NCBI GenBank assembly: GCA_964540055.1
Contig: CAZILC010000003.1
Coordinates: forward strand, 21,599 to 85,598
DNA: 64,000 nucleotides
DNA from: an uncultured Gammaproteobacteria bacterium
GTDB taxonomy: Bacteria; Patescibacteriota; Microgenomatia; Levybacterales; UBA12049
Direction of reading: 5' to 3'
Numbering within the stretch: the first letter of the stretch is position 1; each line of letters begins with the position of its first letter. The notes under the pieces are model-generated. The model was not told where the DNA came from. It made no database searches and saw nothing but the letters and a program-made list of their open reading frames with translations. The position numbers were made by a program, and so were the translations under genes. Shown here piece after piece: positions 38,553 through 47,816 of this stretch.

Positions 38553-40433
38553 ATGAAACTCTCAATCCGTCGTAAACTACTTATTGGTTTTACCCTCCTG
38601 TTAATACTTGCTTTTCTTATCCAGGGTTTTTCGTTTGTGATTGTCCAACAATATATTTCCGCAAAAATTACCGCGCTTCAAGAGGTTGAGGCACAGGACG
38701 GTGCAAATACAATTTTGAATTTTTTTACCCAAATGAATGCAAGAAGTTCCGGGCTCGCTCAAACCTACTATCAGGATCCAAAAAATTTTGTAACTATAGC
38801 CCAATATATACTTAAAAATAACCAATTTATTAACGAAATAACCATTTTGTCACTTGTGGGGCATGAATATGTGCAAGTAGATCATAAAGGTCCAGTCCCA
38901 CCAGGGAAACTTACGTATGAGGTCTATTCTGATCCTTTTAAATTAGCTGTTGCGGGAACTCCGGCAATCTCACAAGTTTATTATCTCGGGAAGAATTCTG
39001 ATCCCTATATTGATACCTTTTATCCGATTCTTGCAAAAAGACACACAGTGATCGGGGTAATTAAAATGCAAGTTAATTTAAATCAACTTCGGAGCGATCT
39101 GTCGCATATCCGCCTTGGCAACAATGGGTATATTTATGTTGTTGATAAATATGGTGTGCTTATTTCTCATCCCTCACAATCCTACGTGCTGGACAGACCA
39201 GTTCTCACAAACCGAAAAATCATAAAAAATGCGCTCAATAGGAGATCTTCTACTTTTCATGATGAACAATATGTTAATGAGAAAAATGTGCAAGTAGTTG
39301 CGAAAGCTATGCGGATTTCAGATTATAATTGGGTTGTTGTGTTTGAACAGCCGACTTCGGAGGCATTTAGTTTTCTTGATTTTATCCGGAATTTATTTTA
39401 CGTAACAGTTGGTGTTTCATTCCTTTTTCTCTTACTGATTTCACTATTTTTGAGTGAAAATCTTACCCGGTCAATTAGAATTTTACAACGTTCTGCCGAG
39501 CAAATCGAACGCGGACAAAAGATTACTTTTACTCCTATCAAAACTGGTGATGAAATAGAATCGTTATCACGCTCCTTTTCATCTCTCGTTGATCGATTAT
39601 TGCAACGCGAACATTTATTGGAGCAGATTTCTTCACAAATTAAATATACCAATGAAAAATTACAAATCATGGATAAGCTCAAAACCGAATTCGTTTCTGT
39701 TGCATCACACGAGCTTCGTACGCCAATGACAGCTATTAAATCGTATCTCTGGATGGCTCTTAAGGGTAAAGGAGGCGAACTCAATGAAAGGCAAAAGTAT
39801 TACATTGAACGAAGTTATAATTCAGTCGATAGATTGGTTCGTTTAGTTAATGATATGTTGGATATTTCCCGAATTGAATCAGGACATTTTAAGCTTGAAC
39901 TTGCGAATGTTGATATTGCAATCTTAGTTCATGAAGTTGTAGAAGAGCTGTTACCACGAGCAAGTGAATTGGGTATTACTATCACTGTTCAGGATCAAAA
40001 TACAGCGCTTAATGTCCTTGCTGATCCGGATAAAATCAAAGAAGTTTTGTTTAACTTATTTGGTAATGCGCTTAAATTTACACCACGAAGCGGAAATATT
40101 TCCGTTAAATTTGCTCAAAAAGGTGAATTTATCGAAACAAAAATCAAAGATACCGGCGCCGGTATTGCTCCTGACGATATGAGCAAACTATTTCAAAAAT
40201 TTGGCCTTATGCCAGGCTCTTATATTACCAATCAAAATTCATCCAATGGAACGGGACTCGGATTATATATCTGTCGCTCAATTATCGATTTGCATCAGGG
40301 AACAATTCGGGCAGATTCACCGGGAGTCGGTAAAGGCGCAACTGTCACCTTTACACTCAAAGTCTTTCATGAAGCAGAATTAGAAATTGTTAAAAAGCAA
40401 CAAATGGAAGATAAAAAATTACTTGGACTGTAA
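38553..40433 (+). CDS. Cache-type sensor histidine kinase, copy 2 (paralog of 35563..37464).
   Basis: Same architecture, with H-box SHELRTPMTAIKSY and roughly 60% aa identity to copy 1. Confidence 0.9.
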   Translation: MKLSIRRKLLIGFTLLLILAFLIQGFSFVIVQQYISAKITALQEVEAQDGANTILNFFTQMNARSSGLAQTYYQDPKNFVTIAQYILKNNQFINEITILSLVGHEYVQVDHKGPVPPGKLTYEVYSDPFKLAVAGTPAISQVYYLGKNSDPYIDTFYPILAKRHTVIGVIKMQVNLNQLRSDLSHIRLGNNGYIYVVDKYGVLISHPSQSYVLDRPVLTNRKIIKNALNRRSSTFHDEQYVNEKNVQVVAKAMRISDYNWVVVFEQPTSEAFSFLDFIRNLFYVTVGVSFLFLLLISLFLSENLTRSIRILQRSAEQIERGQKITFTPIKTGDEIESLSRSFSSLVDRLLQREHLLEQISSQIKYTNEKLQIMDKLKTEFVSVASHELRTPMTAIKSYLWMALKGKGGELNERQKYYIERSYNSVDRLVRLVNDMLDISRIESGHFKLELANVDIAILVHEVVEELLPRASELGITITVQDQNTALNVLADPDKIKEVLFNLFGNALKFTPRSGNISVKFAQKGEFIETKIKDTGAGIAPDDMSKLFQKFGLMPGSYITNQNSSNGTGLGLYICRSIIDLHQGTIRADSPGVGKGATVTFTLKVFHEAELEIVKKQQMEDKKLLGL

Positions 40434-40447
40434 TATAATTAAAGAAC

Positions 40448-41287
40448 ATGGTATTTTATATTTATTTTCTTATTTTTATTCTGGGTGCAGCTATTGGGAG
40501 TTTTTTGGGAGTCGTTGTAGACAGACTTGCCAGCAAAGAATCTTTCTGGATGGGCAGGTCGCATTGTGACCATTGCAGACATAAATTGCAGCCGTTGGAT
40601 CTTATACCAATTTTGTCATTCTTTCTTTTACATCGTAAATGTCGGTATTGTCATAAAGAACTCAGTTTGTTTTATCCTTTTATTGAACTGCTTTCAGGTT
40701 TTTTTATTCTTCTCAGTTGCTGGGTTATATTTCAAGATTCGATTATGGCATTTTCGCAATTGTCATTGCAATTATTGGCGCTCTACTATTGTTCACTTAT
40801 CGCTTCATTGCTGGTAATATTTTTCGCTGATCTCAAATATGGCATTATTCCCTTCAAAATAGTACTTTTTTCTTTCTTACTGACGCTTATCTGGCAAATT
40901 TTGCTTCCTCATTTGGGTTTTAGTTTGTTGGCAGTGCAATTTTTGGGATTACAGACAAATCTTCTGTCAATTGTGCTTTCTGCAATTGGTGCAGGCGGAT
41001 TTTTCTTTTTAATATTTCTTTTTACCAAAGGTCGTGGGATGGGTTTTGGCGATGTTGTATATGCTTTCTTGATGGGTTTTATTTTAGGGTATCCGACGGT
41101 TATTGTCGGACTATACTTCGCTTTTGTGACAGGTGCTGTTGTTTCTCTTTTATTAGTATTTTTCAAAAAGAAAAAATTCAGAGGGGGTACTATTCCGTTT
41201 GGTCCGTTTTTAGTTCTTGGCACTATTTTAAGTTTGTTATATGGAGCACAAATGATAGATTCTGCCCTACGATTGCTGGGGATTTAA
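40448..41287 (+). CDS. pilD: Prepilin peptidase PilD (A24 family) with an N-terminal zinc-binding CxxC-x21-CxxC.
   Basis: CDHCRHKL...CRYCHKEL, then 6-8 TM with conserved Asp residues; 279 aa. Confidence 0.85.
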   Translation: MVFYIYFLIFILGAAIGSFLGVVVDRLASKESFWMGRSHCDHCRHKLQPLDLIPILSFFLLHRKCRYCHKELSLFYPFIELLSGFFILLSCWVIFQDSIMAFSQLSLQLLALYYCSLIASLLVIFFADLKYGIIPFKIVLFSFLLTLIWQILLPHLGFSLLAVQFLGLQTNLLSIVLSAIGAGGFFFLIFLFTKGRGMGFGDVVYAFLMGFILGYPTVIVGLYFAFVTGAVVSLLLVFFKKKKFRGGTIPFGPFLVLGTILSLLYGAQMIDSALRLLGI

Positions 41288-41330
41288 GATTTGATTTGCA
41301 GGAAGTACCATAAGTAGTAATAATAAAAGT

Positions 41331-41840
41331 ATGAAAAGAAATTCAGGTTTTACTCTGATTGAAATGATTGTTGTCATAGCTCTGTTGGGAATTATTTCAA
41401 CAGCCATTCTTGCGACAATTGATCCATTCGGACAGCTGCAGAAATCAAACGATACACGACGTAAGGCAGATCTGGAGTCTATTCAACATGCTCTTGAGTT
41501 ATATTACCAAGACAATGATAAATATCCGGATTCGAGCGCTGATTTTCAAATTTTGAATGGAGCTACGACTGTTGCCTGGGGAAGTTCATGGCAGCCTTAT
41601 ATGGCAACACTTCCCAAAGATCCATCCCTTTCCAGCTCGTATGTTTATTACTCGCCTTCAACTGCTAATGGACAAACGTATTATCTTTATGCCAATCTAC
41701 AAAGGGGCAGTAAAGATCCCCAAGCGTGTAATAAAGGAAATGCATGCGCAAGTATTGGAAGCGCGTCAGGATTTCCAGCAGCGAATGCGTGTGGTGGAAC
41801 ATGTAATTACGGGGTATCAAGTACTAATGTTTCACCGTAA
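41331..41840 (+). CDS. Type IV pilin (likely the major pilin) with a prepilin N-terminal cleavage/methylation motif.
   Basis: MKRNSGFTLIEMIVVIALLGIIS is the class III signal peptide G/FTLIE; the C-terminus is Cys-containing. Confidence 0.75.
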   Translation: MKRNSGFTLIEMIVVIALLGIISTAILATIDPFGQLQKSNDTRRKADLESIQHALELYYQDNDKYPDSSADFQILNGATTVAWGSSWQPYMATLPKDPSLSSSYVYYSPSTANGQTYYLYANLQRGSKDPQACNKGNACASIGSASGFPAANACGGTCNYGVSSTNVSP

Positions 41841-41858
41841 TTAGTAGTTTGCGAAAAT

Positions 41859-42311
41859 ATGTTTTATATGCAAAGTAAAAATAAAGGCTTTACGTTAATT
41901 GAACTGCTGATTGTGCTTGCAATTATTGGTGTATTGGCGTCATTTTTGCTTGCGAATCTTATCGGCGCAAAATCCCGCGCGCGAGACGCTCAAAGGAAAT
42001 CAGATTTGCGACAAATTCAGTCAGCTCTTGAATTATATCGTTCAGATCAAGATGCATATCCTACGAACAATCTTGTCACCTGTGCCCAACCTTTTACCAA
42101 TGGCGGAGCAACATATATGAAGAAAGTTCCCTGCGATCCTTTAAACACCGGAAATTTTGTGTATACCTATAATCAGACCGGAGGTGGCTCAGGATATACT
42201 TTGGTGGCATGTTTGGAGAATGTTAATGATTCTCAAAAGGATAAACCAGCCAATGACAGTACTTATTGTAATGGCACCTCGAACTGGTCTATCACATTGA
42301 ACAATCCGTAA
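41859..42311 (+). CDS. GspG/PilA-like pseudopilin.
   Basis: KGFTLIELLIVLAIIGVLAS...DAQRKSDLRQIQSALELY is the GspG-like N-terminal helix. Confidence 0.75.
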   Translation: MFYMQSKNKGFTLIELLIVLAIIGVLASFLLANLIGAKSRARDAQRKSDLRQIQSALELYRSDQDAYPTNNLVTCAQPFTNGGATYMKKVPCDPLNTGNFVYTYNQTGGGSGYTLVACLENVNDSQKDKPANDSTYCNGTSNWSITLNNP

Positions 42312-42814
42312 TGAACAGGCTTTTTAAAAAATTTTCATCTCGCTATTTTGACTATCCAGTTTCCGCAGGCTTCACTATTTTTGAATTGTTGGCGGTTTTC
42401 GCGATTATCGGGATTATGACCTCGTTGGGAATTGCTGCATATAATTCATATAACGGTACGCAGCTTGTGCAATCAAGCGCGACTGATGTTGTAACCATGT
42501 TGAATATAGCAAAATCTCATTCTCTCGCTCAGGTAATTCCACCCAGCTGCGGAACCAATTCAGTAACCGGCTATCAGGTAGATGTAACGCCCAATGGCCA
42601 GCAATATACTCTTTCAGCCATTTGTTCGGGCAAACAGATACTCACAACCAACAATCTGCCGCCAAATATAACGTTTGCAAATAGCTCCACGCCATCAGTT
42701 TTTTTTACCATCTCTGACGGGACAGTTGCAACAGATGCGACAATAACTATTACTGGTTTCGGCAGAACAAAAAATATTACTGTCAGTCAAACAGGAAGCG
42801 TGTCTAGTAATTGA
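42311..42814 (+). CDS. Minor pilin (GspH/FimT-like).
   Basis: AGFTIFELLAVFAIIGIMTSL prepilin motif. Confidence 0.6.
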   Translation: MNRLFKKFSSRYFDYPVSAGFTIFELLAVFAIIGIMTSLGIAAYNSYNGTQLVQSSATDVVTMLNIAKSHSLAQVIPPSCGTNSVTGYQVDVTPNGQQYTLSAICSGKQILTTNNLPPNITFANSSTPSVFFTISDGTVATDATITITGFGRTKNITVSQTGSVSSN

Positions 42815-42850
42815 GTTGAAATATTTGAATTTAACGGTGATAATAGAAGT

Positions 42851-43315
42851 GTGATACGTAAGAAACTCCAGAGAGGCCAGACATTAATTGAGACGTTGGC
42901 CGCATTAGCAATAATAGGTATGATTGTTTCAGCAATTGGTGTTGTCGTAACAACAGCATTAAGCAATGCTAAATATGATTCAAATATAACGCTTGCGACT
43001 AAATATGCCCAACAAGGATCTGAGCTTGTCCAGCAAATTCGAGATGATAATTACACAACCTTTCAGGGATTAAGTGGCATTTATTGTTTGAACAAGGGAC
43101 AAACAACGCTCGGATCACCGAGTAATTGTACAACACCAAATGTAGACAATTTTATTCGCACGGTAACAGTACAGCAAAACGGATGCGGTGCAAATATAGC
43201 GCAAGTTACTGTAGCGGTAACTTTCACAGATGGGAAATGTACAACTGGTGTGTATTGTCACAAGCAAACAGTTTTGACCTGTCTTTCAACAGTTAATCCA
43301 GTGCAAGTACCATGA
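42851..43315 (+). CDS. Minor pilin (GspI/PilV-like).
   Basis: RGQTLIETLAALAIIGMIVSAIG prepilin motif. Confidence 0.6.
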   Translation: MIRKKLQRGQTLIETLAALAIIGMIVSAIGVVVTTALSNAKYDSNITLATKYAQQGSELVQQIRDDNYTTFQGLSGIYCLNKGQTTLGSPSNCTTPNVDNFIRTVTVQQNGCGANIAQVTVAVTFTDGKCTTGVYCHKQTVLTCLSTVNPVQVP

Positions 43316-43851
43316 AAAAATTTCCAATTTTCAATTTTCAATTTTCAAAAACATCGGGGTTCACCCTCATTGAGATTCTTACTGCAGTTAGTATTTTGGC
43401 TGTAATTGGGACAATTACCGTTAGTGTTTTGACAATTACTCTTCGAACTACCAAGAAATCTGATCTTATGGAATTGGCAAGACAAGATAGTGATACTGCA
43501 CTCACTCAAATGGTAAAAAATATTCGTTTTGCGCAAAGTCTTGATAGTCCAAACACTTGTGTGCCATCTCAAACAGTTAATTCAATTACTTTTACCTCAG
43601 TTACAACGCATCTTCAGACAACCTATGACTGTGCAAATGGAACAATTAATGCAAATGGAAAATCTTTGTTTAATACCACTGCATTGCAAGTTACCAGCTG
43701 CTCATTTGTATGTGCTCAACCGACTTTGAAAGATCCGCCAACAATTACTATACAGTACACATTAAAGCCCGCCTCAGCAGGTTTATTTTCCGAAACGAAT
43801 TTTTCTCTCCCTTTCCAAAGCAGTGTAACCCTGAGAAACCTCAGCCAATAG
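43312..43851 (+). CDS. Minor pilin (GspJ/PilW-like).
   Basis: SGFTLIEILTAVSILAVIGTI prepilin motif. Confidence 0.65.
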   Translation: MKKFPIFNFQFSKTSGFTLIEILTAVSILAVIGTITVSVLTITLRTTKKSDLMELARQDSDTALTQMVKNIRFAQSLDSPNTCVPSQTVNSITFTSVTTHLQTTYDCANGTINANGKSLFNTTALQVTSCSFVCAQPTLKDPPTITIQYTLKPASAGLFSETNFSLPFQSSVTLRNLSQ

Positions 43852-43935
43852 AAAATATCCTCACACACCGTTGACACTATCTTAGCAAGTTGTTACGATG
43901 ATTATGGAGTAGTCTGCACTGCAGAGTATTTTAAG

Positions 43936-44757
43936 ATGGAAAGTATGCAAGATATTGAAAGAGGCCAGATATTGCTTATCGTTGTTTTGGTTATGGTGAC
44001 TGCTTTAACAATTGCTCTTTCAGTAGCCGCACGATCTATAACAAACACCCGATCATCAGATGAATCAGCGAAATCAGAGCAGGCGTTCTCAGCAGCAGAA
44101 GCAGGTATCGAAAAATCTCTCACCAGCAATACGGCCGTTACAGGATCATTTTCCAATCACGCGCAATACAAAACGACACTTGTTACTGTGGGCGGAGTAG
44201 AATTTCCTTTAAATAACAGTTCACCAATTTTGAAAGATGAACCTGCAGATTTGTGGCTGTCAACCTATCCTGGATATTCTGCACAACGGAGCGGAAATGT
44301 AACGATTTTCTGGGGTAGTTCAACTGATGTGTGTAAACCTGTTGAATCGCAAAACACAATGGCAGCGCTTGAATTAATTGTATTTAGCGGAACATTGGCA
44401 AATCCTCATACGACCAAATACGCGGTAGATCCTTGCCCTGCAAGAAGCAGTATTAATAAATTTCAAAGCATTGGACCAGGTGGTGATACCATTTTGGGAA
44501 CTGCCTATAACTATAAATATTCTTTTGTCGTAAATTCAGGATTGTTTGTCCGGATTGTGCCGATCTATGCTCCCACAATTATCGCTGCTCGCGGGTGTGA
44601 TGCCGCTAACGCCAATTGTACGCCGTTTCCAACGCAAGGAACGCTCATTCAAGCAGAAGGTACCATTTCAGACACCAAAAGAAAAATTCAGACGTATCGC
44701 TACTATCCACAACTTCCTGCCGAAATTCTTCAATATAGCTTTTTCGTTCCCAAATAA
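43936..44757 (+). CDS. Large minor pilin (PilX/GspK-like).
   Basis: ERGQILLIVVLVMVTALTIALSVA is a non-canonical prepilin-like N-terminus, followed by a 250-aa body. Confidence 0.5.
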   Translation: MESMQDIERGQILLIVVLVMVTALTIALSVAARSITNTRSSDESAKSEQAFSAAEAGIEKSLTSNTAVTGSFSNHAQYKTTLVTVGGVEFPLNNSSPILKDEPADLWLSTYPGYSAQRSGNVTIFWGSSTDVCKPVESQNTMAALELIVFSGTLANPHTTKYAVDPCPARSSINKFQSIGPGGDTILGTAYNYKYSFVVNSGLFVRIVPIYAPTIIAARGCDAANANCTPFPTQGTLIQAEGTISDTKRKIQTYRYYPQLPAEILQYSFFVPK

Positions 44758-44760
44758 TAT

Positions 44761-45798
44761 ATGAGAAGTAATGTTTTTGGACTAGACATAGGTACAACCG
44801 CTATTAAAGTAGTGTCGGTTGACCATAACAATACGTCAATTTCCTATAATACTGCTCTTTTTGCACCCACACCGGTGCAGGGTATGCAGTCGGAATCTCC
44901 GTTTGATCATCAGGAAATGGCGCAAGTTATCAACAAACTTGTGATTGATGCCAAAATTACGACAAATAATGTGGCAATTGCGATCCCTGAAAATCATGCC
45001 TATACCAAAGTGATTGAAATGCCTATGTTAAGTGATAAAGAGCTTGCAAACGCAATTTATTGGGAGGCTGAACAATATATTCCTGTTCCTTTAGATTCCG
45101 TTACACTAGCATGGAGTAAATTGCGAACGATTAAAAATATCATGCCGGAAGAAAAAATGCAGGTGCTTTTGGTGGCAGCGCAAAAAGATTTGATCAAGCG
45201 TTATCAAACTATTCTGGATCTTGCGGGACTGACAATTGTTTCAATAGAAACTGAAATTTTGGCAATTATCAGAAGTCTGGTAGCTACAGATAATACTCCT
45301 ACATCTCTTATTATCCATATTGGTGCGATGAATAGTACGTTGGGAATTATCCAAAATGGCTTGCTTGTTTTTAATTATTCAGTGCCACTGGGGGGCGTTG
45401 CATTAACCCGCGCAATTGCTTCGGATTTTGGATTGCAGCCGGAACAGGCTGAAGAATACAAACGTGTTTATGGACTTTCAGATAAAAATTTCGGAGGCAA
45501 AGTAGGAAAAGCAATTGAGCCAATTCTGATTTCACTTCTCACAGAAGTTAAAAAAGCCATGGCTTTTTACTCTGAAAAATATAAGAATGACTCCCCTATT
45601 TCACAGCTTCTTTTAACAGGAGGAAGCGCTAGTTTGCCCGGACTTCCGGTATACTTCGCGCAAAACCTTGGTGTTGAATCGGTTCTCGCAAATCCCTGGA
45701 AAATGCTAAATGTTTCCCGTGTGCCACAACAAATTGAAGCAATGGGTCCTGAATTTGCTGTCGCGATAGGACTGGCTCTAAAGGATTATGAACAGTAA
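44761..45798 (+). CDS. pilM: Type IV pilus assembly protein PilM (actin-like ATPase).
   Basis: VFGLDIGTTAIKVV in an ASKHA fold; 345 aa. Confidence 0.85.
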   Translation: MRSNVFGLDIGTTAIKVVSVDHNNTSISYNTALFAPTPVQGMQSESPFDHQEMAQVINKLVIDAKITTNNVAIAIPENHAYTKVIEMPMLSDKELANAIYWEAEQYIPVPLDSVTLAWSKLRTIKNIMPEEKMQVLLVAAQKDLIKRYQTILDLAGLTIVSIETEILAIIRSLVATDNTPTSLIIHIGAMNSTLGIIQNGLLVFNYSVPLGGVALTRAIASDFGLQPEQAEEYKRVYGLSDKNFGGKVGKAIEPILISLLTEVKKAMAFYSEKYKNDSPISQLLLTGGSASLPGLPVYFAQNLGVESVLANPWKMLNVSRVPQQIEAMGPEFAVAIGLALKDYEQ

Positions 45799-45812
45799 TC
45801 CGTTTACATACT

Positions 45813-46352
45813 ATGAACGAAGGAATAAACCTCTTAGCACCCAATAAAAATACCGGATCTTCACAATTACTTCGCAGAATTCAAAAAATGCGATTTATGA
45901 CAATTGCTTTGCTTTTTATCATTTCTGTATCATCGGTGATTCTATTTATCCTTGTAGCGCTTTCTCCTCTTCCTACACTCCAGCGTCAAGAACAATTTCT
46001 ACGTCAGAGTTTGAATGCACAAAAAGACAGCATTGTTAAATTATCTGTTGTAGATACACAGACAACGTCGGTTGCGCAGCTCATATCAAAACGTAAAGCA
46101 TTTGATAAACAACTTGCGCTTATTCAGGATAAAGTTACCAAAGATATGACAGTTATTCAGATGCAAGTTGACAGCAATAGTCTGGTAATAACAGTTGAAA
46201 GTCCCTCGCTTAAATCTTTGGATACGTTTATCAATAATATGACTACATATGTACAAAAGAAAAATATGTTTTCGAAGGTGATTTTGGTGGATCTCACGAC
46301 TGATGAGGCAAGTAATGAATATGCGGTCTCATTGCAATTAGACTATTTATAA
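45813..46352 (+). CDS. pilN: PilN-like bitopic pilus alignment protein.
   Basis: Short cytoplasmic N-terminus, a single TM, then a coiled-coil/ferredoxin-like periplasmic part; it sits immediately after pilM. Confidence 0.6.
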   Translation: MNEGINLLAPNKNTGSSQLLRRIQKMRFMTIALLFIISVSSVILFILVALSPLPTLQRQEQFLRQSLNAQKDSIVKLSVVDTQTTSVAQLISKRKAFDKQLALIQDKVTKDMTVIQMQVDSNSLVITVESPSLKSLDTFINNMTTYVQKKNMFSKVILVDLTTDEASNEYAVSLQLDYL

Positions 46353-46353
46353 T

Positions 46354-47103
46354 ATGGAAAAAGATACATGGATTGGCAAAAAAGGATATAGATATTGGTA
46401 TTATAAATTCCGTGATTCGGAATATTATGGACTTGCAATTATTGGTTTCACCCTTCTTGTCTGTATAATTTTGTTATTTAATATCATCATTCCCGAACTC
46501 ACCCGGTGGTTTTCTATTCGTGATGAAATAGTAGCAACCAGGCAGCGTATTGCGACTCTTCAGCAAAATATTAATTTTATCAATGGTCTTGATCAAAACA
46601 CTTTACAAACGCAATTTAATACCGTTTCACATGCTCTCCCACCTACGAAGAATTTTGGTTATATGCTCAATGCCCTCTCAAATGCCGCTGCAAACTCAGG
46701 AGTTTCTCTCAGCGATTATGCTTTCCAACTAGGAACTATTACTCCACCCAAAAAGGGACAAAAAGATCCTGGCGCACAGCCAAATGGCATTTCGGCAATC
46801 GAGATTACCGTTGTTGTTAACGGAAATCTGGAAGGAATTAAAGATTTTATTAAATCGATCCAAAACAATCTCCCAATTTCTGAGGTTACCAATATTAATG
46901 GGACGGGAGACAATGTCTCAGTTAAATTGAAATTTTATCAGAAACCTTTTAACAATATTACTTTTTCAGGAGACACGCCACTTAATCCTATTTCTCCGAA
47001 AAAAGCAGAATTACTCAAGACTATGGCAAAGTGGGATAATACGTCTGTTGATAAAGGGCAATCTACCCAAAGTGGTTCGGGCTCAGCGGTTCCTCTGTTT
47101 TAA
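46354..47103 (+). CDS. pilO: PilO-like bitopic pilus alignment protein.
   Basis: Single TM (YYGLAIIGFTLLVCIILLF) followed by a coiled coil; called from its pilMNO position. Confidence 0.55.
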   Translation: MEKDTWIGKKGYRYWYYKFRDSEYYGLAIIGFTLLVCIILLFNIIIPELTRWFSIRDEIVATRQRIATLQQNINFINGLDQNTLQTQFNTVSHALPPTKNFGYMLNALSNAAANSGVSLSDYAFQLGTITPPKKGQKDPGAQPNGISAIEITVVVNGNLEGIKDFIKSIQNNLPISEVTNINGTGDNVSVKLKFYQKPFNNITFSGDTPLNPISPKKAELLKTMAKWDNTSVDKGQSTQSGSGSAVPLF

Positions 47104-47106
47104 GGT

Positions 47107-47784
47107 TTATTTCAATAAATCCGGGCGGATCTTTTTTGTTTTTTCTAAGGATTTTTCTTGTCTCCATTCGGCTATCTTCTGATGGTTTCCGTTTAAAAGT
47201 ATCTCAGGGACTTCTTGGCCATCGTAAACTCTTGGATTTGTGTAATGTGGATATTCCAAAAGGCCGTCTTCTTTTGAAAAAGATTCATCTTCAACTGCGC
47301 CTTTGGTAATTGCTCCATCCAGCAGTCGAACAACGCTGTCTGCAATAACCATTGCCGGAAGCTCTCCACCTGTCAGTACAAAATCACCGATTGAAATTTC
47401 TTCATCGATATATTTCATGATTCGCTCATCAACACCTTCATAATGACCGCAAATTATAATGAGGTGATCAAGGCCTGAATAGTGTTTGGCAAGTTGCTGT
47501 TTGTACGGTTTTCCAGAAGCACTCATCAGAATAACTTTTTGATTTTTCCCCCCGGATTGTTTCGCATATTGGACTGCTTTGTGCAGCACATCTACTTTAA
47601 GTACCATTCCTATTCCCCCGCCATAGGGTGTATCATCAACCATCTTATGTGCTCCGATTCCAAAATCGCGGATATTGATATATTCGATCTCAACAATCTT
47701 TTTTTCCTGTGCACGTTTGATAATGGATTGTTCAAACGGACCTTGGAACATTTCCGGAAAAAGTGTCAGAATACTAATTTTCAT
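47107..47784 (-). CDS. trmD: tRNA (guanine37-N1)-methyltransferase TrmD.
   Basis: MKISILTLFPEMF...DDTPYGGGIGMV...GHYEGVDERI is the SPOUT knot SAM-binding region. Confidence 0.92.
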   Translation of the reverse strand: MKISILTLFPEMFQGPFEQSIIKRAQEKKIVEIEYINIRDFGIGAHKMVDDTPYGGGIGMVLKVDVLHKAVQYAKQSGGKNQKVILMSASGKPYKQQLAKHYSGLDHLIIICGHYEGVDERIMKYIDEEISIGDFVLTGGELPAMVIADSVVRLLDGAITKGAVEDESFSKEDGLLEYPHYTNPRVYDGQEVPEILLNGNHQKIAEWRQEKSLEKTKKIRPDLLK

Positions 47785-47816
47785 GCCTATATTGTAGCAG
47801 ATTTACTAAAAATACG

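Larger units (their letters stand above)
34630..40433. repeat. Diverged tandem duplication of a roughly 2.9-kb solute-binding-protein plus histidine-kinase unit.
   Basis: Units 34630-37464 and 37545-40433 are collinear, with shared nucleotide blocks (for example GCAGGACAAGTAATTATTAC at 35151 and 38141). Confidence 0.8.

Noticed and set aside
43325-43346. Triple tandem TTTTCAA repeat.
   Set aside because: It lies inside the N-terminal leader of the 43312 pilin gene and encodes FNFQFS. It is too short and too coding-constrained to be a regulatory repeat.
47120-47152. Possible bidirectional terminator AAATCCGGGCGGATCTTTTTTGTTTTTT after pilO.
   Set aside because: The stem is only 3-5 bp with a 2-nt loop and lies inside the trmD coding sequence. 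It is too weak to call.
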